64,000 nt of DNA from Octopus vulgaris. Taxonomy: Eukaryota. Position 1 is the stretch's first letter, and every line of letters starts with the position of its first letter. The notes beneath the pieces were generated by a model. It was not told the origin of the DNA and searched no databases. It saw nothing but the letters and a program-made list of their open reading frames with translations. Below, piece by piece: positions 41,508 through 56,218 of this stretch. A program made the position numbers and the translations under genes. Where the stretch lies: NCBI GenBank assembly GCA_951406725.2, contig OX597818.1, positions 8,742,001-8,806,000 of the forward strand, read 5' to 3'.

Positions 41508-41937
41508 GTAAATTACCTATTTCAATGAATTGTATTATATAATTGTCATTACTGTATTGATAAATGAAATAGCAAATACAACTCACTTATTATTGTCATG
41601 CAATAAACAAACAGAATTTCATATATAAAAATGATCTTTTCTACTTCTATTATTACATGTTTCTCCTTTATAAACATTATACCATTGCCATTGCTGTATA
41701 GATACATAAAATAACAAATACAACTAATTTATTATTGTCATATTATAAACAAATATGAGGTCATTTATGATACTGATCTCTCTTCTACATCAATTATTAG
41801 ATGATTTTCTCTTCTACAAATACACACATACAGGTGGGGTAAATTATACATATAATAATGCTTCCACAATGTGGCTCCCGATAAACAGTATATGTAATTA
41901 CCCAATCAACGACGGATTTTACTTCTTATACATACAC

Positions 41938-41979
<42 letters not shown>

Positions 41980-41981
<2 letters not shown>

Positions 41982-42102
41982 TTCGTATTTCATGTTGTTT
42001 ACGTTTAATGATGTCCTGTACCCATATATGCATATGTATGTACATATATATGTAAGTATGTACATATATGTATGTATATATGCATGTATATATATAGATA
42101 TG

Positions 42103-42152
<50 letters not shown>

Positions 42153-42275
42153 CATATATATATATATATATGCATATATACATACATATATGTACATACT
42201 TACATATATATGTACATACATATGCATATATGGGTACAGGACATCATTAAACGTAAATAACATGAAATACGAAAT
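41980..42275. repeat. Near-perfect ~300-bp palindrome centred on a (TA)n tract, with a third partial copy at ~42432-42560
   Basis: tttcgtatttcatgttgtttacgtttaatgatgtcctgtaccc pairs with gggtacaggacatcattaaacgtaaataacatgaaatacgaaa. Confidence 0.85.
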
Positions 42276-42639
42276 AAGAAAGCATGGAATGCTAACTTTT
42301 TTGCGATCAGAAAATGGAAAAGAAGACAAGTAACATAAACAGTCGACAACTGATGAGGGGTCATTCTTTATGTTACTTATCTTGTTTTCCATTTGTTTCT
42401 TTTGTTGTTCGCAAAAAAGTTTATATTCCATATTTTCGTATTTCATGTTGTTTAAGTTTTATATGCATATGTATATGCATATATATGTAAGTATGTACAT
42501 ATATGTATGTATAAATGCATATATATATATATATATAGATATGTATATGTATATATATATATATATATATGTATTATATGGTTGAACGCCACCCAATCAT
42601 TTCCAAGTAAATATATATATATATATATATATATCTGTT

Positions 42640-43541
42640 GATTTTCACCTTGTATTTATTTGTAACCCAAAACGCAAAATTTCCATCACTCGTGTTCAGA
42701 AACAACTTTTTTCAAATGAATCATCTTTTATATTCTTCGCTTGCACCATAAACTTCATATAATCTTCTCAGTCCTCCATCCCCCTTCAATCTTTCTCATC
42801 ACCCTCAAATGATTTTGATGCTTCATCTCATATCTTAGATTCGCTTGTATGAACCTGGTCCCAGGTACACTCAGAATATTAGATGCAGCGGATACTAGAA
42901 AAATAAACTGAAGTAAATTTGATTTGAACGTTTTATTCATTGAATTACTTGATCATTGCTAATACACGTGTCTCTTTCAATGCACTAGCACTTTCACAGA
43001 ATAGCTACACATAACTTCATATGCATATACGGATTTACATTTATCTCCCATATTCCCCTTCGCCAATTCCATCACAAACACGATCTAACACCCATATATC
43101 ATACATAATTAACGTTAACTCGCACACGTCCTCCACGAACCAAATCGAAATATTCAAAATGTTACAATATGCCAATAATTGTAAGTATCATCTCCAAAGT
43201 TCACATCTGTATACAGCAATCACTGGCCATATCATAGTTCACTTGTAGCGCTCCCAGTACATCGAGAATTTTTCTGTTAAAATAAACACTTTCACACTTA
43301 AAAATTACATTAAAATTTTATATATTAAAAAAAATATGTAGTGTACCATAAATGAGTAAACAAAGAATCGCGCATACTATATCGAAAACGAACCTCTAGA
43401 GTCGAGTATGTGTTGTCGTTTTGCATTTATTATATAATATATATATATTGTACAGTACAGTACTGTTTCTACTTCGCGGATTTTCACATATAGCGGGCAA
43501 TTTTGGAATGTGACACCTGCGTTAGTCGAGGGATTACTGTA
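42640..43541 (-). mobile_element. Possible pogo/Tigger remnant
   Basis: Terminus cgagggattactg-ta typical of pogo/Tigger TIRs, plus a decayed coding-like stretch. Confidence 0.4.
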
Positions 43542-43672
43542 AAGTCATTACTCATTGAGTTAGAGTGCACTTTCAATTTCAGAATATGATGCATGCATCC
43601 ATCAGTTCATCCGTCCATTCATCCTACTTACAGCAATTCATACGTACATACACGCGCAAAGACAACTATATA

Positions 43673-44929
43673 TAATGGATTGGCAAGAAAGTAAATTTGT
43701 TTTCCACAAATAGAAAGAGTTACGATGTTTTTCAATGATTTTTGTCAACGTTATGATCTTTTTCTTTTGCCATTTCAAAGCTGTTACCTATAGCTTATTT
43801 GGGAATCAACTTGCGCGTAATTTTGTTTACAGCTGTTAGTTCAGTGTCAATTTTACCATGGAATGGAAAGACAAACATTTCCACCTTATTTTGCTCTTTT
43901 CCTTCCGTAAAAGGAAGAAAGCTGCTGAGGTTCACAAAGAGATATGTGAAGTTTATGGTATTGATTGCTTAACAGAACGCACATGTCAGAAATAGTTTTA
44001 AAAATTCCGTTCTGGATATATTTCACTCAAAGATGATCAACGTTGTGGTCGACTTACTGAAGTTGATGATAACCGAATCAAAGTCATAAGTGAATTTGAT
44101 TGTCATATAAATGTGCGAGAGATTACAGAGAGGTATCACACACAACAAATGAAAATCACATAAAATGTCTTGGACTCGTTAAGAATCTCGGTATTTGGGT
44201 TCCACATAAATTGATAGACATTTACTTAACGAATCAATATTTGCAATATGTATCTCAAATGCATTGAAATCTACCGGTTTTTTTTATCGAATCGTTACTG
44301 GTGATGAAAAATGGATTGTATATAATAACATCAATCGAAAATGATCATGGTCCAAACGTAATGAACCAGCACAGATCACATCGAAAGCTGTATTGCATCA
44401 AAGAAATGTCATGCTGTAAATTTGGTGGGACTTGGTGGGTGTTGTGTATTTTGAACTGCTTCCAAGGAACCAAGCGGTCAAATTAGATGTTTACTGTCAA
44501 CAACAAATGAAACTGGAGGTAGCAATCGAAAAAACCCGCCAGAATTAGCAAATCGCAAAGGAATCGTGTTCCAACATGGTACCGCTAGACCACACACGTT
44601 AAATCGTGGAAAATTGTTGTGTGGTTGGCACGTGGCGTCACATCCACCATATAGCCTTCATTTTACACCATCAGATTACAATTTATTTTGAAGTTTGCAA
44701 AATTCTTTGAATGTTTAAACTTTCAATAAACATGATAACCTGAAATTGCAATTGCTTCAATTCTTGACTCATAAGTACAGAAGCGCAGTATCATGAAGTT
44801 GCTACAAAGATAGTAAAAGGTAATCGAACAAAATGGAACATATCATTGATTAAATTTCATTCTTAGTATGAAAAAAAGAGATTGTTAGTTCACACTAAAA
44901 ACCGAAATTTGTTTCTTGCCTACCCAATA
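43673..44929 (+). mobile_element. Full-length decayed mariner element; transposase pseudogene at ~43858-44853
   Basis: TIRs taatggattggcaagaaa and tttcttgcctacccaata; MEWKDKHFHLILLFSFRK..AAEVHKEICEVYG; WVPH; RIVTGDEKWI; HPPYS...PSDY.LF. Confidence 0.92.
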
Positions 44930-44972
44930 TATACACACACATACAATCACATAAGCACACATACACACACAT

Positions 44973-45016
<44 letters not shown>

Positions 45017-46508
45017 TTACATTTCTATTTATATATTTCTATAAATATGCATATATGTATGCATGTATGCAAGTATACATGTGTGCACAGTGATACATAT
45101 CTTATGCCACATATGGTGTAAGCTTGGGTGCTTTCAATCAAACTTCAATTAGTGATGTTCATGATTTCCAATTCAAAGCAGATTTTTTTCAAATATCGTA
45201 AAAGACTATATGATTATGGTGCTGAATGACTTTGCACCGCTGAAATCAATAAGGAACCAACACTTGCTAGAACAATCCACACATTCTTCAAAGAATTTGT
45301 ATATTTGATTTCTACTACAATAAACATGAACAAAACCAGCATTTTGAACTTTCTTGGCTTTTATTGCTAACTCAATTTACTAAACATGAAATTAGCTTTA
45401 TAAACTCTAAACTCTCCTAGTAAGCATTATTAATAATGAAACCTATCTTTCTAGCCATGAGAATCGAAGTTTTCCTTCTCAAATTTATACTGTACGTTAC
45501 CTTGGCTATTTCGAATCTTTCTCACAGTGTGTATAGTTCATATAGGATGGTGTTGTCCAATTTGACTTAACTTTTCTAGTGACGAGAAGTTTTTACGGTG
45601 TGATGTAAGAAATTTGCCTTCCACATCTATCTGATTGAGTGATGAAACATGCTCTTGATTCTTGACTTGCAGTATTTTTATCTCTTATATAATATCAAGT
45701 TTCTTCAATATCAATATGTCCGTGTCTAGGTTTTTTTGTTGATTACATTAACATCGATGTATATTAATAATACGGTCTGCTGAGCGCATATGCAAGTAAG
45801 AAATATCGGGACATTGATTATTTCCAAAATCTCCGTCATTAGAAATAGCCATAGAGTATTGAAATACGTTGATTAGGAAATATATAGGGATTGTCAATCA
45901 TCATGCTCTTTTCTAGCAAACGAAATAAATAAAAAAATTAATCAGATTGAGGGCTTTATCAGTGTTATAATAAACTTCTCTATTCATTGCAGATACTGTG
46001 ATAACTTCTTATAGAATGGTCATGAAAACATCGATTGCGCTGAAGATTGATACATGTTGAATATTAAAAAGTACTATGAGGCACATACTCTCAAACTAAT
46101 CCAACGGGACAATTCGGTCCTTTTGTAGGCTACATAGGACTACATTTATCGATGAACCTCTTCAATAGGTTAGGTATGCTCTATCGGAAATGTGGATGCT
46201 GTTTGTAATACGTCGAACGTTCGCACAGAAATCCTAATGTAAATGTACATTTATTTAGAATTAAGTGATGTCCGAGAAGAACTTTCCCGTCCTACTTGTG
46301 CATATAAATTTGTATTCCTAAATGCGCAACTGGTTGCTACAACACCTTCGCTTCAAATGACAACATCCAATAAATGTGAGATATGAGATGTGGACAGAGG
46401 ATGAAAACTGTGCAAAACTGACTGTCGCATACGATTACATAGCTCAAATAATTCCTCAGAATTCAATCTATCTATCTCTTTATCTATCTATCTCACTCTT
46501 ATATATCT

Positions 46509-46569
<61 letters not shown>

Positions 46570-47889
46570 GTGTGTGTGTGTGTATGTATGTATGCATGTA
46601 TGTATTTTATTTCGTTACATGAAAAACTCACTTCAACGCCCAAGAGAATTGTTCCCTAAGTTTCCAATTTCTGTTATCATAGTATTTATATTTTTTACGA
46701 ATTTCGTATTTCCCTATGTTTAATGCGTTACATCAGATAGAATGAGCTGAAGCATATTTTGTTGTTAATTATGGATTAATTAATTCATTATTCAGTACTT
46801 CCAGACAGCTGCTTCTGTCAAAAAGAGGACAATAACATACAAATAATAATAATAAATGTATATTATTATGATCCTGTAATTTCATTTTGAATATCATCAG
46901 TGGAATTTTCAGATTTTTCTTCGCTATTATAACACAAAAGGAGTAGATCCTTACACTTTCAACTTGCAATTCAATATTAAGGCTCCATGAAAAAATCGTA
47001 ACTCTTGTATTTTCACTATGTCTCATTGTTTACTCTTGGCTCGTTCCCTACTCTAAGTAGATAAAAATCTCTGTCTTATATTCCTAACGTATTGGTCAAA
47101 AAGAAGTGCATGTATATTTACATATATATAAAACTAAACAAGTATGTACATCATATTTCGATGTCAGATTTGAATGTACAGTCTTCTATCTCTATTTTAT
47201 ACTTTTTAAACAAGCAAATGGAAATATCTATAGTTTATCTTGTTCTTTATATGTAGCAATTAATAATCAATATTATTATTAGATAACAGTAAAAATCAAA
47301 AATAATTTATAGGCAAATATATGTAATTTGATTATGAACAATATACTTGCAATATTTGTTTAAGAAAAAATCCATGTGTTAAAAACATTTTTGTGCTTAA
47401 AAAAAAACTATTTATACGCATGAGGATAATACTTTCAGTAGTTTACGATCGAGTAACAAATATAGGTACTTAGCTCTTCGCTATTCCTTATAGCTATATG
47501 TTAAATAAGAAAAAGTCAAAATTAGAAATTCAACATTATATCGAATCACTATTTTATCTATAATCTAGTTGTTTATGAATAAGTATAGGGGAGATAACAA
47601 ATAATATACGTTAAAAAAGATTGACCGTGCTTAAATAAATGATGCTTAACAAATAACGTATTATAATACGTTATAATACGTTATAATTCTAAATAAGACA
47701 TAATGAAAATAGACGTGATTATTAAACAAATATGTTTCACAGTATGAATTATTAGGATGATAATAACACGTGCGCCATGTTAAAGTAATGTTTTTTTTAT
47801 ATATTTTTGTAGCGTGTATGTTCCTTAATTTCATGTCATGTTCAATGGTGGCTCACTGTATTCGTTGAAAAAGCACTTTGCTTCAACAA

Positions 47890-49050
47890 GGCAATGCAGA
47901 GCCACTTACCGCTAGAGAGACCAGCAACAAGATTGAATAATTGGTTAATAATTCTATATGGTAAGCAGATCAAATCCAACCTCCCTTACCAGTTTTGTGA
48001 AGCTATAGAAAAGAATTTCCCAAGAAATTCAAGCTATTATTCGATTATTAATTCACACCGAATCAAGAGTGGTTTTACTAACACAAAAAAAATCTTTCAC
48101 AAATCATTTCTTCGCATCATAAGTTGTTAAATACAAATCCACTTAATGAAAATACTAACGTTGATTTTGTTAACACTAACCATTCTTTACATAATAATAA
48201 CAGCGGGGTTATTGTTTCTGAAGTTAACTCCAATCACATTCGTTTTCTTAGCAGTAATTCTACGATTAGAAACTCTATTTATCAATGTAAAACTACTTCC
48301 GGTTTTGACATATTTGTTATATAGGTAGTTCTTCATCTCAGTTCTTCAAAAGAATATTTAATAATTACTCTACATTTAGACATATCAATAAACGTAACAA
48401 AACTGGACTTAGTAAATTAATTTGGTATCTAAAGGATCATAATATATAATTAAATTTGGAATGGAATATTTTCTGTATTTTTTCCATATGATGAAGGGAA
48501 TTCATTTTGTCCGCTTTGTAACAGTGAGATGCACTTTATCCTGTTCTGAGAGAATACTCTTGTAAACACGCTTATAGAGCATGTTTATCGTTGCAAACAT
48601 TGGCAGAAATATACCTTTAGTTACTATAAGTGATTTCTACCATTCTATTGACTGTCTTCTTACAAATCTCTTCCGCTAAATATATCTACTTCCATGCCTT
48701 TCAGCTAAATTCTAATTCACCTATTGCTGTATATCTTACCACTATTAGTTTTCTGCAAATTTCTTTCTATCACTTCCTTATCTTTCTATAAACAAACTTG
48801 ACGTTGTATCTACTAACGGTTTTTTAAAAAGGTTGCTAGCATTCCCTTCATCATATCCGCTGTCATCACATTCTGTTAAAATGTGTAATTGATGTGTTTG
48901 ATTTCTTTCTTTCCCTGATGAGAAGAGGGCATTGTTTTACACCATTTTATTCCTTCTGGAATAATACCAATGTTTTCTTCGAAACATATGTGGGAATTAA
49001 AAAGATTTAAATAACAACTGCGTTTAACTGCATTTATTTATTTATCTACA
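47890..49050 (+). mobile_element. Decayed Penelope-like 3' fragment (GIY-YIG) with pLTR
   Basis: IEKNFPRNSSYYSIINSHRIK; NSIYQCKTT; YIGSSS; KTGLSKL; FCPLCNSEM; downstream HHR motif. Confidence 0.75.
48911..48996 (+). ncRNA. Type I hammerhead motif with G at the cleavage position (probably inactive)
   Basis: ttcc-CTGATGA-gaagagggcattg...caatgttttcttc-GAA-acatatgt-G-ggaa; same family as 22452-22533. Confidence 0.65.
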
Positions 49051-49228
49051 TTTATCTACATTTAACTGCATTTATTTATTTATCAAAACATATCACCTAA
49101 ACCTGGAGTTTCTACCTTTATAAGTAGGCTGTTACATCCTTGGTACTTGTGTGATTTTTGGCTACCCTGGTAAATATTTATATATTTTTCCTTGCTATTT
49201 GTAAACACTGAAGAAACACACATACATT

Positions 49229-49295
<67 letters not shown>

Positions 49296-49785
49296 CACAT
49301 ATACATACATACATACGTAGGGTATAACGACCTAATACTCAAAATAATCTAATATGATGTTAATAAAATAAATTTGATTATAACCATAAAAATTTTACAG
49401 TATATGTTCCAAATAAGAAAATATATCTGTTTCATCATACATGAAATGAATATGCTCCATGTCTAGATAGCCAATTCAAATTATGAACATATATATTAGG
49501 GTGTATATATGTTTGAGGGGATGTGAACTTTGGTAAGTTTATATGTAATTTTTATTTTTATTTCTTTATATCTTTATATCTGTATCAAATTTGGTGTACA
49601 TGATACATATGATTATGAATATTGATACTTTAAATAAGTAATTAATTTTATCATTACACTGAATATTTAATACTAAATATATTTGTATGTACGCATGTGT
49701 TATATATTGATATGGGTTTATGCAAATATATTTGTATGTATATACGTATGTGTATGTGTATACATCTGTATATATATATATATGC

Positions 49786-49819
<34 letters not shown>

Positions 49820-49984
49820 GTATGTATGTATATGTATGTATATATATATATATGCATGTCCGTATATGTTGGTGTATATGTACTGGAATACATATGTATT
49901 TCATCATATATAAAATGAATATACTAAATGTCTAGATAGTCATTTTCATTTTTGAACATATAATTTTGAACACACACACATGCA

Positions 49985-50109
<125 letters not shown>

Positions 50110-52039
50110 TGTGCATGTGCGTGTATCTGTGCGTGTGTGTTTGTTTGCGCGTGTGTGTATGTTTGGATGCAATATTTGATGTGTTTATATGAAATTCTTA
50201 TATGTATATAGGTTATTTTTTATATTTATATTTGAGTTAATATTTTGTGTTCAATGAATATGAATATAGTTACTTTAAATTGTTAAATAATTGTGTACAT
50301 GAATGATATGAATATAGGTTCTTTAAATTATATAGCTGTATCAATCTATTAAATAATATATGTGTATGCATGAATATGTGTATATGTGGGTATGTATGTA
50401 TCTTTAGATGTAATACGCCCCTATTTGGAATTAAACATTATCGTTTAAGCTAAATAATTTATACTGTGAAACATATTTCAATAATCACCTTTATTTTCAT
50501 TATGTCTTGTTTAGAATATTAATTATAATATGTTATTTGTTAAGCATCATTTATCTACGAACGGTCAAAGTGTTTTGAACATGAATATTATTTGTAATCG
50601 CCCCTGTATTGATTTATGAACGACTAGATTATAGATAAAATAATTGATTCGATATAACGTTGACTTTTTAATTTTGACTTTTACTTATTTAATTTCAGTT
50701 ATCTATACTGAACAGCTAAATCTACATACCTACATTCCTGACTCGATCGTACATTACTAAATTTATTATTCTCATGCGTATGAATACGCGTTTTTTTAAG
50801 CACAAAAAAGTTTTTAACACATAGATATTTTTGTTAATCAGTATTGCAAATATATTGTTCATATTCAAATTACATATATTTACCTATACATTATTTTACA
50901 TTTTTACTGTAATTTAATAACAATATCAGTTATTAATTGTTACATATAAAGAACAAGATAGACTATAGATATTTTCGTTTCCTTGTTTACAAACTATAAG
51001 ACTGAGATAATGTGTATATGTGTTGTGATAGATGACAGTTAATTTAAATCTGATATCGAAATAAGATATATATTCTTGTTTGGTTTTTAGATATATGTAA
51101 ATATACATGCATTTATTTTTTACCAATAAGTTAGGAATATAAGGTAGAGATTTTTTCTACTTATAGTAGGGAGGGAGCTAAGATTATACAATAAGCTATA
51201 GTCAAAATACAATAGTTACGATTTTATTTCTTTTCTAGGGAGCCTTAGTACTGAATTGCGAATTGAAACTGTAAGGAAGTACACCCTTTGCATTAGAATA
51301 GCTAAGAACAATTTCAGGTTATTGATTTTAAACGTCCTTTAAGTTTTATTATAATCCACGTGAGCACAGACGCACACACACAAGCTCAGACACATATATA
51401 TATAATTAGCCAACAAAATTATTTCATTCCACAGATGTAGTACTATAGGTAAGATAGGAGTTGAAGGTGCACTGACAAGAGTTGAAATATTTTTTTATTG
51501 ATATACATTTAAAGCTTTAACTCATTTCACATTTTACACTAATTTTCAAAATCTCTCGATAGAAAGACGTGGATTATGTCGCAGCTGTCTTGCTTCTGAC
51601 TATAGTTTGAAGCTTGCTCTATATTTATAGGGAGTTCATGGCTCAAATTAGTATATGTTTTGAATAGGATTTGATTGGTAGAGGATAGGCACTTGACTGG
51701 TCTTAAAAATTTTTTTGTAGGTTCCCTGCTACCTCCTTTTGTTAGTATCAAGTGACCACTTTTGGCATCGTAAGTTAAGGCTGATATGTTTGACTGAACA
51801 TGTCCAAACAATAAAAACTCTGAAGGTTTTCTGTCAAGTGTTTATAGAGAATGAACACATGTTTAAATTTATAACTTCTTGTACACTTCTCACAACGTTC
51901 GTGCGTTACTGTCACGTGTTAGTATATTTTGCATCTAAAAAGAAGGCCGACACAGTTGAATGAACCTGTTTATTTATAATCAAGGCACTTCAAATTTAAT
52001 ATGTCTGGTTAGAAATTGGACAGGTGTCGTTTGTATGTA

Positions 52040-52690
52040 GCCCAGAGGCTAAAATTTAGATTGTTAGCTGTGTAGCTTCCTCACATGTGACAGAATGAAT
52101 AATTTGTGTGTGAATAGTTACTTGTGTACGGACTCTGTTAAAGTTTGGGTAGTCTTGCTTTGTACCTTTGTATGAAATCATTTTCTTTGTGTATCCGTGC
52201 CTCGCCCGTGGTATTCGCTGAACATAGGTATACTGGTAAACCTGGAATTTTGCGGTCTTACTTTTTGCACATATGTCTATGTGACCACTCAGTGAAAACT
52301 GTCTAGTACTGGTATCTCATATTTGTTGGCAGTGATTGGTCAGTCCTTTTTTTAGAGTAAGCTTCGTTTGATCTTTGCAATCTTCATTGCATCCTTGACA
52401 TATTAAATTCTTTGAAGAACATGTAAATTGATTTTTTTTACGTTAAAAGTCTGTCCTGGTTTGAATTTGTATGTTGTTTCTTCAATAAGGATGAAGCAGG
52501 TACTGCAATTGGGTGGCCACACTATTTTATTGTTGGTGTAGGAATTGTGGAGGTAATTTAGCACTTGTGAGGAATTTTTTAAGGGACTTTGATTATCGTT
52601 TACTTTTGATTATTTTGTGTATTTCGAATGTTTATTTTATTCTTGGGTCTTGTTTTAGTAGTGAGCATATGAACACCCCACTACAAATAC
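52040..52690 (-). mobile_element. Highly decayed Penelope-like fragment
   Basis: Resembles 39900-40600 in layout: CP..CSTCFIL, FKPGQTF, and a GIY-YIG-like GE.RIHK segment. Confidence 0.5.
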
Positions 52691-52739
52691 ATTTAATAGC
52701 TGTGGATTTTTGAATCTCAAGCCTCAATCTGTATGGGAC

Positions 52740-53200
52740 AGCTAGGATATTTAGAAAAGTGCAGTGACGCCCAATTCGGACTCTGGTATAGGTCTTGATT
52801 ACACAATTTGGTGTCATCACCTCCAATAACTTCCACACATATATCACTGCATACTTTCTCGTCTTTGTTCCAGGGAGTAGAGTCGTATAATTTTCAGCGC
52901 CTTCTAAGTACGTCACCTATTCCATTGATGCAACCATCCTCTGTAACATCGCTGAACCGCCTCATGTTCCACTATTTATCCGATATTGTAGGGTGACCAA
53001 AGTTAAGAGCAGGGATCTAGACGGCTGAGGACAAATGTCCTCCATAGGACAGGCATAGTTTCTTGGTCCCTTGTTCTGAAAGTTCTCAGAATACATCAGG
53101 CCATTCGGCTGCACACTGTCACCATCATAGTTATATGCATGTAAAACGAAGCATCGTTGCTCACATCAATCCCGAGATGATACACCGTATGTGATTCTGG
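52740..53200 (-). mobile_element. CR1/L2/I-group LINE RT C-terminal fragment
   Basis: RLYSLEQRR / YAVIYVWKLLE..PN motif. Confidence 0.6.
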
Positions 53201-53324
53201 GATTGCTGTACCTTTTGGTACACACAAACACACACACATACACTCACACAAACAGACACACACATACACATACAAACACACGCACGCGCAGTCACACGCA
53301 TAAAGAAATTTATATATTTTTATT

Positions 53325-53960
<636 letters not shown>

Positions 53961-54243
53961 TGGCAAAATTAATGTCCATGACTGCATCAGCCATATATAA
54001 AAATTATGAGATGAAAGAAAGACAAATATATTCATGCTGAATATTATACTTACCCCTTTGCAATTTCTTCATCATTATTATCATCGACGTCATCATCGTG
54101 TATGTATTTTTGTACATTTATATATGCCCGTAAACAGAGGAGCACAAATACATACATAAAAGACTGCCTTACTTCCCGAGCGTTAAAGTAATACATCCTT
54201 TTGTTGTTTACACATCCGTCTTCGTCTATCAATTTTTGCAAAT

Positions 54244-54359
<116 letters not shown>

Positions 54360-54546
54360 CACACACCCATTTTCTTGTTTCGGTCAAATCGGCCCAATGA
54401 CTTATTCTTTACCGAACTGCTAAGTTACGAGGACGTAAACACACCACCATCGGTTATTAAGCGATGTTGGAGGACACACACAAACATCTACACACACACA
54501 CACACACAACTATATATATATATGTGTGTGTGTGTGTGTCGATATA

Positions 54547-54677
54547 CAGGGTGTCCCAAAAAAATGTATACACATAGTCGTTCGGCAAAAGAGAACGATA
54601 GAATAAGTACTAGGCTTACAAAGAATAACAAATTTACAATTATTTAAGGTGTGTATTCATTTTTTTGGGACACCCTG
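54547..54677. mobile_element. Tc1-type MITE containing a SINE fragment
   Basis: TA-cagggtgtcccaaaaaaatg.atacac ... gtgtattcatttttttgggacaccctg-TA; the interior matches SINE A. Confidence 0.8.
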
Positions 54678-55332
54678 TATATACATGGGGTTCGTAAGCA
54701 AGCTACTTATCATACATCCAATCTTACGCCTATAATATATATATTTATATATATATATACACAAATATATATATATATACATATATTTATATACATATAT
54801 ACATACGTATATATATTAATAAGACGCTCAGGGAAAGAAAGAAAGGTTATGTTACGTTTCCAGCGATGCTCTTCAGCCGACAGATGTATGTCCCAAGAAA
54901 AAAGGAAGATGGAGAAAAAAATCTCCAACAATCTACATGCAGTTAGAATATATATATATATATATATATAAACGTATCTAAAAGTGATTAAGTGTTCAAA
55001 TACGCCCCACCAACTGTAGAAATAAATGTTAAAACATCTCTTTGTCACGAACAGAGAATATTCTGTTTCAAAAGCATTTATCTATCATCTGTCTTAGGGG
55101 GACAAGCTTAGGGAGATTGTCACCCCTGCCAGTCTTACATATGTGTATGTGTGTTTGCAACTATGTGTATATGTATTTTAATGTGTACCTATATATATAT
55201 ATATAATTTACAAGATAGGGCAGAAGATAAAATTCTAATGCCAGATACGCCAAAACAAATAAAAATTGTCGATAACCATTAAATTTATGCGTCTCGAAAT
55301 AAACCGATAGAAATCTCTAAAAAATTCGTTAT

Positions 55333-55391
55333 TACCGTATTGGTTCAATTTCGGGGTTAATTCACTAGAAATTTTCCCCTCTTCAGCGGCA
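55333..55391 (-). ncRNA. Type I hammerhead ribozyme, copy 1
   Basis: tgccg-CTGAAGA-gggg-(loop)-cccc-GAA-attg-aac-caat-A-cggta. Confidence 0.8.
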
Positions 55392-55800
55392 CATACGCGA
55401 GATATAAATGAAATACTTATTCATACCCACGGAAGAAGCAAGCACCAAGTCCCGAGCAGACTTAAGTACTCCAAATATATCCAAATAGAAAAATCTTCGG
55501 CGCACCTCGTGACACGTGTGATTCGAACTAGAAACTTTCACAGAGTGACAGAATCCGGAAGTGAAACACTAATTTATTTATAATTGATATAGGATGAAAT
55601 TTTTTCGGGAAAAATTTATTATCAATGGCCAGCATATCAAAAAATGCCTTTCAAGATAAAATTTATACATAATTTACAAGATAAGGGCAGAAGAAAAAAT
55701 TCTAATGCCAGATACGCCGAAACAAAAAAAAAATTGTCGATAACCGTTAAATTTATGCGTCTCGAAATAAACCGATAGAAATATCTAAAAAATTCGTTAT

Positions 55801-55859
55801 TACCATATTGTTCCAATTTCGGGGTTAATTCACAAGAAATTTCCCCCTCTTCAGCGGCA
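55801..55859 (-). ncRNA. Type I hammerhead ribozyme, copy 2
   Basis: Same fold; one G-U pair in helix I (tggta). Confidence 0.75.
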
Positions 55860-56158
55860 CATACACGAGATATAAATGAAATACTTATTCATACCCACGG
55901 AAGAAGCAAGCACCAAGTCCCGAGCAGACTTAAGTACCCCAAAGTGATATAGGAATCCTATATCAGTTATAATTAGATTACTGTTTCACTTCCGGATTCT
56001 ATCACTCTGTGAAAGCTTCTAGTTCGAATCACACGTGCCTCGAGGTGCGCCGAAGATGTTTCTATTTGGATATATTTGAGGTACTTAAGTCTGCTCGGGA
56101 CTTGGTGCTTGATTCTTCCGTGGGTATGAATAAGTATTTCATTTATATCTCGCGTATG

Positions 56159-56218
56159 TGCCGCTGAAGAGGGCGAAAATTTCTAGTGAATTAACCCCGA
56201 AATTGGACCAATACTGTA
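56159..56218 (+). ncRNA. Type I hammerhead ribozyme, copy 3 (inverted)
   Basis: tgccg-CTGAAGA-ggg..ccc-GAA-attg-gac-caat-A-ctgta; one helix I mismatch. Confidence 0.65.

Noticed and set aside
54845-54880. ctgaagagcatcgctggaaacgta as a hammerhead, with a related remnant at ~2058-2082
   Set aside because: I could not form helix I and helix II is out of register; probably pLTR remnants, so not called as ribozymes.
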